Source: Amphiscolops sp. MND2022
Taxonomy: Eukaryota
Direction: 5' to 3'
DNA length: 60,000 nucleotides
NCBI GenBank assembly: GCA_964187785.1
Contig: OZ076409.1
Span: 33,606,001 to 33,666,000, forward strand
Shown: piece after piece, positions 1 to 11,714 of the stretch
Position numbering within the stretch: position 1 is the stretch's first letter
Layout: the number at the start of each line of letters is the position of its first letter
Position numbers and translations under genes: made by a program
The notes under the pieces: model-generated
Seen by the model: only the letters and a program-made list of their open reading frames with translations
Told to the model about the DNA's origin: nothing
Databases searched by the model: none

Positions 1-406
1 TCAAAATAGCGCCATAGGGTTAATGGTACTCACACTCAGTTTATAAATTACCACAAAAGCAACGACTAGCTCAAGGGTACAATTTGGCTAGTTTAACTAA
101 AAGACAATTTATTGATTTCGATAAGTAGAACCAACTGTGTTTAAAAGTTTGGTACGTTAGCACTGGTTAAATGTTTGTTTTAAAAGTTTTCAGCTTTCTG
201 TGCCAGTTTTTCTTTCGGGTTAGGAATTTCCATCACGCTGGGGAGGCTTTCTTCTTCATTGGCAGAGTCTGGTTCGATCTTTGCTATCATGACATTGTTG
301 CCCCATCTGTCGGGCTTTTTTGTTACTCCTGATGAGGTTCGGGATTTCTCCCATTTCACTGTGCCTTGGATTGGCGTAGATTCAAGAGATTACTTTTCGG
401 CACTTT

Positions 407-2098
407 CTATTTCATCTTCGCTGTTTGCGGTTTGATCTTATTGATCTTTGTGTGTCTTTCTTCGTTGTCCTGTTGTTCCTTCACAGGCGGGATTGTTGTC
501 TTTTCTTCTTCTTCATGATGTGGTGATTTGTTTTCTTCCACTTGTTTTTGGTGGCTAATTCCCATCTCTTGACCTATTGCTGTTTTTAGCTTCTTAGCCA
601 CTTTATTCGATTTTGCCTCTTTTTTCCTTTTTGCCATTTTGTTCGCGTTTGCCTTCTTGCTTGGACTTGCTAGCTTACTTCCTGCTGCCGCGTCTCTTTT
701 TGAGTAGATAACTTGATGGCCTGTTTTAGGTAAAACAGTAATGGTGTGGCTTGACTCTCCCACAATCTTTCTCTTTACCTTTTTGAAGGCGCCTTCTAGC
801 TTGGTCCCTCTGACTCTCTCCCTGACCAAGATGGTTGAGTCTGCCTCTTCACTAAAAACTTCGGGTTCTATTTCAATTTGTGGGTCTTGTTCTAAAATAC
901 ATTTTTCTATCATTCGTGATTTTTCCGTATTTGGTTTTCTTCCATTTTGTTTCTCGAATGCAGATTTACCGTCTGGTCCCTTTTCTGATCTTAATGCGAA
1001 CAAGATATTTGAAATGCCATTTTTGTCTTTTGAGATTAATATTTTTTCGTTCGTTCTTAGCCTTTCGTTTATTGTTCTAATCATTCGTTCTACTTTTCCG
1101 TTCCCCCGGTAGTCTCTTACCGGGCAAATGACATGTTCTATCAGTTTTTCTTTACAAAATGTTTTGAACTTTTCGCTTTTGAATGCGGTTCCAGGGACTG
1201 TCCGGACTCTTTTTGGTATACCGTTTTTTGATATGTACTCTACTAAAAATTCGATAACCTTATCCGCCGTGGGATTCGGTAAAAATAGCGCATCTGGCCA
1301 TCCCGAGTGATTGTCAACTGATACAAGTAAGTATTTTTTCTTTAAATTGGCGTTTTGGAAGGGGCCGGCAAAATCAAGAGAAACTTCGTCATTCGGCTGA
1401 TTTGCTTGTGGTAACTTTCCGAATTCTTTTTGAGATTTTATACACTTGAAATTCTTACCTGCTTCTCGGCATTCGCTACAATTTCTCGCCTTGTTGATAA
1501 TTTCTCTATGGATGCGAGGCCACCAGACGTCTGAGGCCTCCCTCAGCATTGCGTCACGTCCTGCGTGGCCAAAGTGTATGGCCCGGAGCATATTCTCCCG
1601 CATATCTTTGGGGATAATGAGGCGGTGGTCCATATATAAAAGACCGTTCGAATCCACAGAAAAGGAATTAAAATTTTCCCTCCACGGTGGGGGTAATCGA
1701 GCAATTACAGCTGTATTTTTATTTAGGACGAGATTGATTACTTTTTGAATTGTCCGATCGTTTTCAGCAATCGCTTTTACGTAGACCGAGCTAATTTTTG
1801 ATTTTGTCAAATCTTTGGCTTCTGCCATTTCAATTAGTTGTTTGTCAACTGCTTTCTCTTTTTCAATTTTGCTGTCTATTTGCATAGGCGCTTGGATTGA
1901 CAAAACTTTGTTTGCTTGCGTATGCTGAACTTTCCTACTTTCCTGCGATTTGATTGGCTTACGCCAATCTGCCAATCGCTTCGTTTCTGGCGTGATCTCT
2001 CTGACTACGTTCACCGTAAACCAATCGTTGAATAATTCTTCTGCTTTTGCTACCGATCCTTCGTATTCTGACGGATGCCTTGACAGGTAATCCGCCAT
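407..2098 (-). pseudogene. Integrase portion of copy A pol
   Basis: ADYLSR (end of RNase H); zinc finger HFGH...CSEC; catalytic D in SLDFAGP; second D mutated (RTVPG versus RTDPG in B); E in KVERMI. Frameshifted from the upstream pol. Confidence 0.9.
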
Positions 2099-2237
2099 TC
2101 CTAGCGTTCTTCCGGGGTATGTACAATTGAGAATTCGAAGGGTAAAAGCCTATCCACCCATCTAGTTAACCTACTAGAAAATGTTTTATTACTTTTGTTC
2201 GATTTTAACACACTTTGCCAGGCTTTATGATCTGACA

Positions 2238-2850
2238 CTATTCCGAATGCGACCCGTACACGTAATTTTTAAAATGTTCTATTGACCATACTACCGCCAA
2301 TAGTTCTAACTCATTGATTGAATATTTACACTCTAATTCATATAAAAATCTAGACGCATATGCTATTGGTTTCCATTTGTTTTCCTCGCATTGCTGTAAA
2401 ACAGCTCCCAAGCCTTGTTTGCTCGCATCACATATAATTCTAAGCGGTTTATTTCTTTTGAAATGTGTTAACTCGGCTACGTTTTTCACTTCGTCGTTTA
2501 CTCTCTTAAACGCTTTTTCGTGTTCTTCCGTCCATTTCCATATCGCGTCTTTCTTTAATATGGTCCTAAACGGAAAGCAAATTGCCGCCAGATCGGGAAT
2601 GAATTTGTTAAATTGATTTACTGCGCCAAAGAATGACCGTAATTCTTTCAAATTTGTCGGTCGTAGTTTTTCTGTAATTCCTTGTACTTTTGAATTTACA
2701 GGCGAAATTCAATGGCTTGTCAATTTAAACCCCAACCACTCAATTTCTTGTTTCGCCACATTACACTTTTCTGCCTTTAGCTGTAATTTTGCCGCGTCCA
2801 ATGTTTTTAGAATTTCCCGCACTTTCTCTACGTGGTTTTGCTTTGTTCTC
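2238..2850 (-). pseudogene. RT C-terminus and RNase H of copy A pol
   Basis: Motifs EWLGFKL, LRSFFGAVNQF, ICDASKQGLGAVLQQ, IAYASRFL and YSINELELLAVVW. In-frame TGA at 2709-2711. Confidence 0.9.
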
Positions 2851-3542
2851 TGGAATTTATAATGGAATTAGAAATTAATCAAATTCAAAAGTTGGAGTTC
2901 GTGGCTGAGGAAATTACCAGACTAGTAGTTTACGTTTATTTACATATTTATAACTTTGCATGGAGTCTGCCAGCAAAATGTACAGGAGATTCTTCGCTAG
3001 TTACAGCTTGATTAGTTAGTAGCCGATTATGGCCGTTTACCATGTTTAGTTTTGCCGTTTTGTTCTGTTACCCTTATTTATCTTAGTTAGAATTTTCGCC
3101 ATATTTGGATACTTAGAATTATTACTTCACGCCATTATATTATTCATTTTTCAATTTTATTGAAGGTTAATTCTGAGTGACTGAAGCCATCTTGAAAGAA
3201 GTTGTTCGACTCGTGCCGTTAATTACACTCAAGCTCACTGTTATTTACCCACTTAACTCAAGTTATTTGTTGATGAGAACTTAGAGATTCTTAACACCTC
3301 TTCTGATGATGGTAGCGAGAGGGGGCAAACACCGCGAAGTCAGAGGATGCCGACTCTCAGAAAACTTCCATTCAGAATGTTTACGACGGATCAGGACGTT
3401 TAACCGAAAGTTCTACCGCCAAATTGAAACTCCGGAAAAATCCTGACTTGGCCTGAAACAGAATTCTATTAAATTTATTCTGATTTGAATCTCGCTAGTA
3501 ATAAGTCGCCTCTCGAACTTCAAACTAGCTAGGAAAATAATA

Positions 3543-3848
3543 ATGCGAAGATTTAATCTTGCTAGACAACCTTTCAACATCGATGGAGCAGATTCTGGAG
3601 ACTCAGATAATTCAGTTACCTACATCTCGAGTGGCGATCCCGATTCATCGGACGTATGGGAATCCTACTGCTCCACAGACACAGAGCAAGAAGTAGCCCG
3701 CATCGAAAGAGAGGTCATCGTCAGCCCAATATTGATCGGTGGGCGGATAATGACTGTGGAAGACGAGGAAGAGGAGATGGTTCCTTGCCCCAGTTCCAGC
3801 GGACAACTAGATGTGGTTATATATGTGCCGGTCTACCCCACGAGATGA
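3543..3848 (+). CDS. Acidic, Ser/Asp/Glu-rich ORF of unknown function inside fragment C (possibly frameshifted into 3811-4020)
   Basis: ATG-initiated 101 aa ORF with coding-like composition, followed by ATTAAA at ~4041. No recognisable domain. Confidence 0.35.
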   Translation: MRRFNLARQPFNIDGADSGDSDNSVTYISSGDPDSSDVWESYCSTDTEQEVARIEREVIVSPILIGGRIMTVEDEEEEMVPCPSSSGQLDVVIYVPVYPTR

Positions 3849-4996
3849 TCCAGAACAGATAACGAGGCTCAGAAGGGAGGCATTCGAAAACGGGCTCAAT
3901 ACCGGCTGTATTCTCTTGATAACACCCGCAGTGTCACAGGCGGCAGCCTGTGACGGTACAGCTATAACAACTACCGCAAGAGACCAGGAGATTATCCCAG
4001 GTACTTTGCCGACATTTTAAATACAAACTAGCAAACATTTATTAAAACTCATATGCATTTTACTATATTCATCTTTTTATAGTTTTGTACCTTAACGGAA
4101 ATCGTATTAGCCTGTTAATAGAACAATTTGGCAAATCCAAATCAAATTGCTAAATCTAATTGGAAGGCGCGGTACCAGTGAATCAAATCAATGTGAGTTG
4201 AGTACAAGTATACGAAAGTGAAGGAAACGTGTTCAAGTGACGCTATATGCTACTCTGAAAGCGTCAATTGAGCACGGAACATCATCCAATCAAAATGCTT
4301 CGTTTCCAGTAATAATAATGCTTTCATCTAGTGATGGTCGAATAAGGCCTGACGGCTCAATATGGTTGTTTTTAATCAGTACTCTAGTCGAACGGCCGGT
4401 TCCAGCTATTTTGTGTAAGGTGAAGCTGTGATACCAATTATCTTTATAATTGACCAGTATTATTGTGTTTGCGCTTCTTGTACCAAATAACCCTTTTTGT
4501 GCAGTATTATCCATTATTACTCTAGATTTAGAATTAAGAGACGGCCAAGACCATTTGACTATTTTTTGCCGATGGCCATTCAAGATTAGGGATTTGGCCT
4601 ATATCGGCCATTTTGTGGAAAGTGCGTTTGCTCTGATCTTATTATAGTAGTAAACTGATAAACTGGATTGTGCCGAAATGTTACATTAGCTTATGCATGT
4701 ACTATTAAATTTTCACACCTTGTTAAATTCTTCAGTGTTTGCGTGGTGGCACGCGTCAACATCGCATTCCGATGATATAACACTGCATTCCGTTGATAGC
4801 TAGTGATATTTGTTGACACTCTAGTGTATATGTTTTCAATGATAAATTGTTTGAAGTTGCAGTTTAAACTAAATACCTCTTGAAATGTTGCTTGTAAACT
4901 TCCCAAAATATGTAGAATATCGGGAAAGTATTTTAAGGTCATGTAGCAAGTGATATTGTACGAATGAGAAGAATGTGACAGTCATGCCTTAGTGGG

Positions 4997-5004
4997 TATA
5001 AATA
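4997..5004 (+). promoter_or_regulatory. TATA box (TATAAATA) upstream of ORF 5128
   Basis: GGGTATAAATAC about 130 bp upstream of the ATG at 5128, an LTR-promoter-like arrangement. Confidence 0.45.
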
Positions 5005-5127
5005 CTCATCACTCACTTGGTCGAGACACGACATTGTAAACTCAAATTGAAAGACGATTCCTCCAAACTCACCAAACATAGTTTTCCGATCTGAAGAAAT
5101 TCAAAGATTATTACTCGGATTTTCTCA

Positions 5128-5710
5128 ATGCCTACTACCAGAAAACAAAAGAAAGCTAGGAAGTCAAGAAGACAAGAGATGCTTTCTGAGATTGAGAATC
5201 TAGACATAATGCTTGGTGAAAACCATTTTGATACAATAGAAAGAGAAGAAAGTTTAAATGGCAATCTTTCTAGAAGGCCTGAAAAAGCCGATAGCAATAA
5301 CTTTGAAAACGATGATGAAAATACGTATCTAAATTCAGGAGTTATCAACCCAGGTATTAACGCCAATTACGGTCGAAACTCAGTTAGTGCCAACTCTAGT
5401 GCTGAGAATAAAAGATTGTCAAGTGAATTGAACTCGAGGATATCTAGGGAAATGGATGAGATGATGAACAGTGTCAGAGTCCAAATCCAAAGGGCCATTA
5501 ACGATGCTATTTTCAATCAGGTTTTACCCCAGATTGAAAATGTCATCATGGCCGGTTCAGGACATTAGACCAAGAAAGGATGGAACGTTCCGACCGAGGG
5601 CCCTGAAACTAATACCGAAGTTCTGCGAAATGAAAAGGCCAGAAATAATTCGAAAAGTGAGCTTGTCCAAAACGGTTTCAGTGACGGAGCCATAGATAAT
5701 CCTTACGACA
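5128..5710 (+). pseudogene. Gag-N-like ORF (MPTTRKQKKARKSRR...) with one premature TAG at 5566-5568; the frame stays open to 5710
   Basis: Basic N-terminus and a coiled-coil-like segment (LSSELNSRISREMDEMMNSVRVQIQRAINDAI). After the TAG the frame reads TKKGWNVPTEGPETNTEVLRNEK...DNPYD with no further stop. Confidence 0.5.
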
Positions 5711-5807
5711 GTATTGGACGTTCGAGATTGATCGAGGCTATTCGTTTCCTTCATGTTGACAAAAAGTGAATTTGTTCGGATTGAAGAAGTTGAGGAAAGC
5801 GGAGAAA

Positions 5808-5954
5808 TAACCACTGTGTAACGGTTTTCTTAGAAAGGGTCCCACTAAAAATATGCCCTCTGCTGTGCTTACGGGTCTCAATTTTGTACGAGATGGATGT
5901 ACTGTCAGCAAAACGTTTTCCTTCCAGCTGTTTGCAACATAGCTAATGATCCGT
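5808..5954 (+). repeat. Left copy of the 147 bp flank duplication bracketing element B
   Basis: TAACCACTGTGTAACGG...AGCTAATGATCCGT matches 11256-11402 with 2 substitutions. Confidence 0.95.
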
Positions 5955-6162
5955 TTTTATAGTCTAGCTGAATTGGCTAAAGAACTAGATAGACGAAAGA
6001 CGATGAAGTGTGAGAAACTGTATTGTATGGCGTAACTGTCTGTATTGGCAGATTGTTTTCTTTTGCCACTTTTACTATTTTTGACAGGTTGTTAATAAAT
6101 AGTGTAATTAATTATTTTCCCACTTTTGTTTTATCAAGCTGTACAACAAGTGCTCTACCACA
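5955..6162 (-). repeat. 3' LTR of element B
   Basis: Matches 11048-11255 with about 4 differences. On the minus strand it starts TGTGG and ends ...TATAAAA rather than ...TATAACA. Confidence 0.93.
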
Positions 6163-6173
6163 CTCCCCTCTCT
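6163..6173 (-). other. Polypurine tract of element B
   Basis: Minus strand AGAGAGGGGAG immediately precedes the TG of the 3' LTR. Confidence 0.88.
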
Positions 6174-6400
6174 AGAATAGGAGGTGAAGGGGGAACGATT
6201 TACAAAGTACTTCAAGAATCTCAAAATAGCGCCATAGGGTTAATGGTACTCACACTCAGTTTATAAATTACCACAAAAGCAACGACTAGCTCAAGGGTAC
6301 AATTTGACTAGTTTAACTAAAAAGACAATTTATTGATTTCGATAAGTAGAACCAACTGTGTTTAAAAGTTTGGTACGTTAGCACTGGTTAAATGTTTGTT

Positions 6401-9400
6401 TTAAAAGTTTTCAGCTTTCTGTGCCAGTTTTTCTTTCGGGTTAGGAATTTCCATCACGCTGGGGAAGCTTTCTTCTTCATTGGCAGAGTCTGGTTCGATC
6501 TTTGCTATCATGACATTGTTGCCCCATCTGTCGGGCTTTTTTGTTACTCTTGATGAGGTTCGGGATTTCTCCCATTTCACTGTGCCTTGGATTGGCGTAG
6601 ATTCAAGAGCTGACTTTTCGGCACTTTTTTTTCATCTTCGCTGTTTGCGGTTTGATCTTCTTGATCTTTGTGTGTCAGACTTTCTTCGTTGTCCTGTTGT
6701 TCCTTCACAGGCGGGATTGTTGTCTTTTCTTCTTCTTCATGATGTGGTGATTTGTTTTCTTCCACTTGTTTTTGGTGGCTAATTCCCATCTCTTGACCTA
6801 TTGCTGTTTTTAGCTTCTTAGCCACTTTATTCGATTTTGCCTCTTTTTTCCTTTTTGCCATTTTGTTCGCGTTTGCCTTCTTGCTTGGACTTGCTAGCTT
6901 ACTTCCTGCTGCCACGTCTCTTTTTGAGTAGATAACTTGATGGCCTGTTTTAGGTAAAACAGTAATGGTGTGGCTTGACTCTCCCAAAATCTTTCTCTTT
7001 ACCTTTTTGAAGGCGCCTTCTAGCTTGGTCCCTCTGACTCTCTCCCTGACCAAGATGGTTGAGTCTGCCTCTTCACTAAAATCTTCGGGTTCTATTTCAA
7101 TTTGTGGGTCTTGTTCCAAAATACATTTTTCTATCATTCGTGATTTTTCCGTATTTGGTTTTCTTCCATTTTGTTTCTCGAATGCAGATTTACCGTCTGG
7201 TCCCTTTTCTGATCTTAATGCGAACAAGATATTTGAAATGCCATTTTTGTCTTTTGAGATTAATATTTTTTTGTTCGTTCTTAGCCTTTCGTTTATTGTT
7301 CTAATCATTCGTTCTACTTTTCCGTTCCCCCGGTGGTCTCTTACCGGGCAAATGACATGTTCTATCAGTTTTTCTTTACAAAATGTTTTGAACTTTTCGC
7401 TTTTGAATGCGGTTCCAGGGTCTGTCCGGACTCTATTTGGTATACCGTTTTTTGATATGTACTCTACTAAAAATTCGATAACCTTATCCGCCGTGGGATT
7501 CGGTAAAAATAGCGCATCTGGCCATCCCGAGTGATTGTCAACTGATACAAGTATATATTTTTTCTTTAAATTGGCGTTTTGGAAGGAGCCGGCAAAATCA
7601 AGAAAAACTTCCTCATTCGGCTGATTTGCTTGTGGTAACTTTCCGAATTCTTTTTGAGATTTTATACACTTGAAATTCTTACCTGCTTCTCGGCATTCGC
7701 TACAATTTCTCGCCTTGTTGATAATTTCTCTATGGATGCCAGGCCACCAGACGTCTGAGGCCTCCCTCAGCATTGCGTCACGTCCTGCGTGGCCAAAGTG
7801 TATGGCCCGGAGCATATTCTCCCGCATATCTTTGGGGATAATGAGGCGGTGGTCCATATATAAAAGACCGTTCGAATCCACAGAAAAGGAAATAAATTTT
7901 TCCCTCCACGGTGGGGGTAATCGAGCAATTACAGCTGTATTTTTATTTAGGACGAGATTGATTATTTTTTGAAATATCCGATCGTTTTCAGCAATCGCTT
8001 TTACGTAGACCGAGCTAATTTTTGAATTTGTCAAATCTTTGGCTTCTGCCATTTCAATTAGTTGTTTGTCAACTGCTTTCTCTCTTTCAATTTTGCTGTC
8101 TATTTGCATAGGCGCTTGGATTGACAAAACTTTGTTTGCTTGCGTATGCTGAACTTTCTTACTTTCCTGCGATTTGATTGGCTTACGCCAATCTGCCAAT
8201 CGCTTCATTTCTGGCGTAATCTCTCTAACTACGTTCACCGTAAACCAATCGTTGAATAATTCTTCTGCTTTTGCTACCGATCCTTCGTATTCTGACGGAT
8301 GCCTTGACAGGTAATCCGCCATTCCTAGCGTTCTTCCCGGGGTATGTACAATTGAGAATTCGAAGGGTAAAAGCCTATCCACCCATCTAGTTAACCTACT
8401 AGAAAATGTTTTATTACTTTTGTTCGATTTTACCACATTTGCCAGGCTTTATGATCTGACAATATTCCGAATGCGACTCCGTACACGTAATTTTTAAAAT
8501 GTTCTATTGACCATACTACCGCCAATAGTTCTTACTCATTGATTGAATATTTACACTCTAATTCATATAAAAATCTAGACGCATATGCTATTGGTTTCCA
8601 TTTGTTTTCCTCGCATTGCTGTAAAACAGCTCCCAAGCCTTGTTTGCTCGCATCACATATAATTCTAAGCGGTTTATTTCTTTTGAAATGTGTTAACTCG
8701 GCTACTTTTTTCACTTCGTCGTTTACTCCCTTAAACGCTTTTTTGTGTTCTTCCGTCCATTTCCATATCGCGTCTTTCTTTAATATGGACCTAAACGGAA
8801 AGCAAATTGCCGCCAGATCGGGAATGAATTTGTTAAATTGATTTACTGCGCCAAAGAATGACCGTAGTTCTTTCAAATTTGTCGGTCGTAGTTTTTCTGT
8901 AATTCCTTGTACTTTTGAATTTACCGGCGAAATTCAATGGCTTGTCAATTTAAACCCCAACCACTCAATTTCTTGTTTTGCCACATTACACTTTTCTGCC
9001 TTTAGCTGTAATTTTGCCGCGTCCAATGTTTTTAGAATTTCCCGCACTTTCTTTATGTGGTTTTGCTTTGTTCTCTTGGTTACGATTAAAATGTCATCGA
9101 TGAATACGAACACTTCTGTAAATTTTGCTAATAAATTATCCATTACTTTTTGAAATTCTGTTGGCATAACCGACAGACCGTAAAAACCTGTTACGAATCG
9201 ATACGTTCCGGTGGATTCTCCACCGATTATCTGAAAATTGCAGTGTTTTGCTGTTAATTGATGCAAGGGGACTTGGCCGTATGCGTAGGTCATATCGACT
9301 GATGAAAACCACGCTTCGCCTTCTTCAGTATCCAATTTTTCTGCGACCATATCTAATAACTTATCTAAATTTGGCATTTGGTATTTATCTTTATCGATCG

Positions 9401-11048
9401 CTTTGTTCAGCGCTCTAGCGTCTAATGCAATTTTCACTGAACGGTCCTTTTTGAACGTGATGACTGTTGGCTGAATGAATACGTCATCCTTTATTTCGTC
9501 AATTTTTTCGATATGACCTTCCTTTAGTAAACAGCTAATTTCTTCATCCACTGCCTTTTGCAGTTGGATTGGAATTCGTCTCCCTTTTTGTTGACTTACT
9601 TCCGCTTCTGACTTCAAGTTTATTTTTATTTTGTAATTGTTTACTTTACCTTGCCTTTTGAATAGTTCGCGAAATTCGGTGACTAGTTGCTTAGTTTCTA
9701 CGCTTAGTTCACTTTTCTTCTCTATAGAACTGGCTTCTAACTCACCCTTTTCGGTTGTAGCTTGTATCGGAGTGTTGTTAGCCATTCTCTGCCAATTATC
9801 GACTTCGATCCACTTCGAGCAATTAGGATTCTCGCCTTTTTGATGTAGCTGTCATTCACCTGTAGTTCGCAAAAGACATATCCCAGCAATTTCAGTGGTT
9901 TTCCATTGAAATCCACGTATCGCTCGCCTTCTATCATCTTCCGCACTGGCAACTCCTTCCTCTTCATGATTGATTTTATTTCGTCCAAACCGAAAATTGT
10001 TACAGGGGAGCCCGTATCTATCATGGTTTTGAAGCAGTTGCCAATAATGAATCCTTCCATATAGAATGGTTTTGAATCATTTTCGCTTCCTTCAACATTT
10101 AGCACCATGTAGTCATCTTCATCTTCATTGTCGCTTTTCATCCTGATCCACCAAATGCACTCTGTTGCCAAATCTTCTGGGTTTGCCATTTTTTGGGCAA
10201 GTGTCCTTTTTCTTCTGATTGCAGACTCGTTCTAAATAGCCTTTTCGCCCGCAGTAGTTACACATTGCTTCGGGTGCCTTGCAGCGTTTCAAGTGATCTA
10301 GGGTGAAATTACCCGCACCGCATCTCCAGCACTCTCTTGTGTTGTTGCTACTAATCGCGCAAATAGGTTCTTCTTTTACGTTGGGCTCTTGATTGATGTA
10401 CCCATACGATTTTTGGCGTTTTGGCCCGTCCTCAAAGGCTATCGCAAATTGTAGGGCTTCAGCTGGCGTTTCTTTAGGTTCTGTGCAGAGCTTTTCTTTC
10501 ACTTGTTTATTCGCCATATTTAAAACGAAAATGTCGTGAACTAGGCTTTCTGTTTGGTCACCGAAATTGCATCTCGCCGCGAGTCCGTTTAATGCATTCC
10601 AGAATTGATTTAGTGTCGCCGCCGTTTTCTGTTTTCTCGAAAGAAACGTGTGTCGATCTAATGTCCGGTTACGTCGAATTTGGAAGCATTCTGCGCAATT
10701 TTGCATAAGTTCCCGAAGTTCGATCAGTAGAATGTTTATTCGCGGGAACTTGTCCATCAGCATTTTTCTTGCATTTTTACCAATTGAGATTTAGAGTAAA
10801 CTTACGACTTTCCTTTTTGCAGGGATTTCTTCTAAATTCCCTATCAGAGCCGCCGCACGTGGATTCTGTTGGTCAGCCTCCCTTAGCACTTCGGACACTG
10901 AGATTGAGTGTCTTGCCAGTGTTGCGACTTCGAACAATTGAATCCATTGCTCCCAGTCGTATCCAGGGGTCTTTTCAGCATCCTGCCAGAAGTAATTCAG
11001 TCCTGGTAGTGGGGAGTTTGAATGATCTTCATCAGCGCGCAGCGCCAT
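6401..11048 (-). pseudogene. gag-pol of element B, broken by several stops and frameshifts
   Basis: Gag Cys motifs CWRC...H...C and CNYCGRKGYLERVC; protease MIDTGSP; RT SSVDMTYAYGQV and FIDDILI; RNase H CDAS; integrase HFGH/CSEC, LDFAG, RTDPG, KVERM. ORF fragments: 10791-11048, 10125-10763, 9737-10189, 8934-9785, 8532-8876, 6577-8436. Confidence 0.93.
11035..11047 (-). other. Primer-binding site of element B (TGGCGCTGCGCGC), probably tRNA-Ser-type
   Basis: TGG directly follows the CA of the 5' LTR. The tRNA identity is inferred from resemblance to the complement of tRNA-Ser 3' ends. Confidence 0.8.
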
Positions 11049-11255
11049 GTTATAGTCTAGCTGAATTGGCTAAAGAACTAGATAGACGAAAGAAGATGAA
11101 GTGTGAGAAACTGTATTGTATGGCGTAACTGTCTGTATTGGCAGATTGTTTTCTTTTGCCACTTTTACTATTTTTGACAGGTTGTTAATAAATAGTGTAA
11201 TTAATTATATTCACACTTTTGTTTTATCAAGCTGTACAACAAGTGCTCTACCACA
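11048..11255 (-). repeat. 5' LTR of element B
   Basis: TGTGG...TAACA on the minus strand, 208 bp, followed by the PBS. Confidence 0.95.
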
Positions 11256-11402
11256 TAACCACTGTGTAACGGTTTTCTTAGAAAGGGCCCCACTAAAAAT
11301 ATGTCCTCTGCTGTGCTTACGGGTCTCAATTTTGTACGAGATGGATGTACTGTCAGCAAAACGTTTTCCTTCCAGCTGTTTGCAACATAGCTAATGATCC
11401 GT
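11256..11402 (+). repeat. Right copy of the 147 bp flank duplication bracketing element B
   Basis: Matches 5808-5954 and starts exactly at the LTR boundary. Confidence 0.95.
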
Positions 11403-11714
11403 ATTCTCCAGAAGCTACTAATTACAGTGAAACAGACTGCTTTATACCTTATATAGACTGTCTTTCTGTTTATACCTGAGTCGGCTATCAATCGTATTAA
11501 ATGTGTGATCACCGATGTTCCACCAAAATCCAATCGATAGACCATTGAGATAGCATATCCGCCTTTTCTGGTAAAACATCGGCGAAAACTATGCAACTTT
11601 GTATGTTTCTTACCAAATATTACAAAAACCAAGATGGGAAACATTGATCTTATTAACGACATCTCATCAATTTACTTCTGGCTCATCATCATTTATAATT
11701 TTGTTTCCAATTTC

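Larger units (their letters stand above)
1..2850 (-). mobile_element. Ty3/Gypsy LTR retrotransposon copy A, 5'-truncated (RT C-terminus, RNase H, integrase, 3' UTR); its 3' LTR would lie just left of the window
   Basis: Position 1 aligns to 6221 of copy B, and near-identity continues to ~2850, where it breaks inside RT (B ~9075). Pol order is RT-RH-IN. Confidence 0.93.
2851..5710 (+). mobile_element. Probable fragment of a different LTR-type element (C), ending in an LTR-like ...CTTACGACA terminus
   Basis: Abrupt junction with truncated copy A at ~2851. Contains a TATA box (4997) and a gag-N-like reading frame that runs up to a CA at 5709-5710, after which unrelated flank sequence begins. 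No second LTR in the window to confirm. Confidence 0.45.
5955..11255 (-). mobile_element. Full-length but decayed Ty3/Gypsy LTR retrotransposon B (5.3 kb, 208 bp LTRs; Mag-like double Cys-motif gag)
   Basis: Two 208 bp LTRs, PBS, PPT, and gag-PR-RT-RH-IN motifs in Gypsy order. Confidence 0.96.

Noticed and set aside
5808..6162. Treating 5808-6162 as one 355 bp LTR
   Set aside because: At the other end the two parts occur in the opposite order (LTR, then the 147 bp block). The PBS and PPT define a 208 bp LTR, so the 147 bp block is flank.
741..8841. Plus-strand ORFs overlapping copies A and B (741-1112, 1446-1748, 6965-7534, 7670-7972 and others)
   Set aside because: They are antisense shadows of pol with no independent motifs. 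They recur only because A and B are duplicates.
11201..11662. 153 aa minus-strand ORF
   Set aside because: It spans host flank into the LTR and has no recognisable motifs, so it is likely fortuitous.
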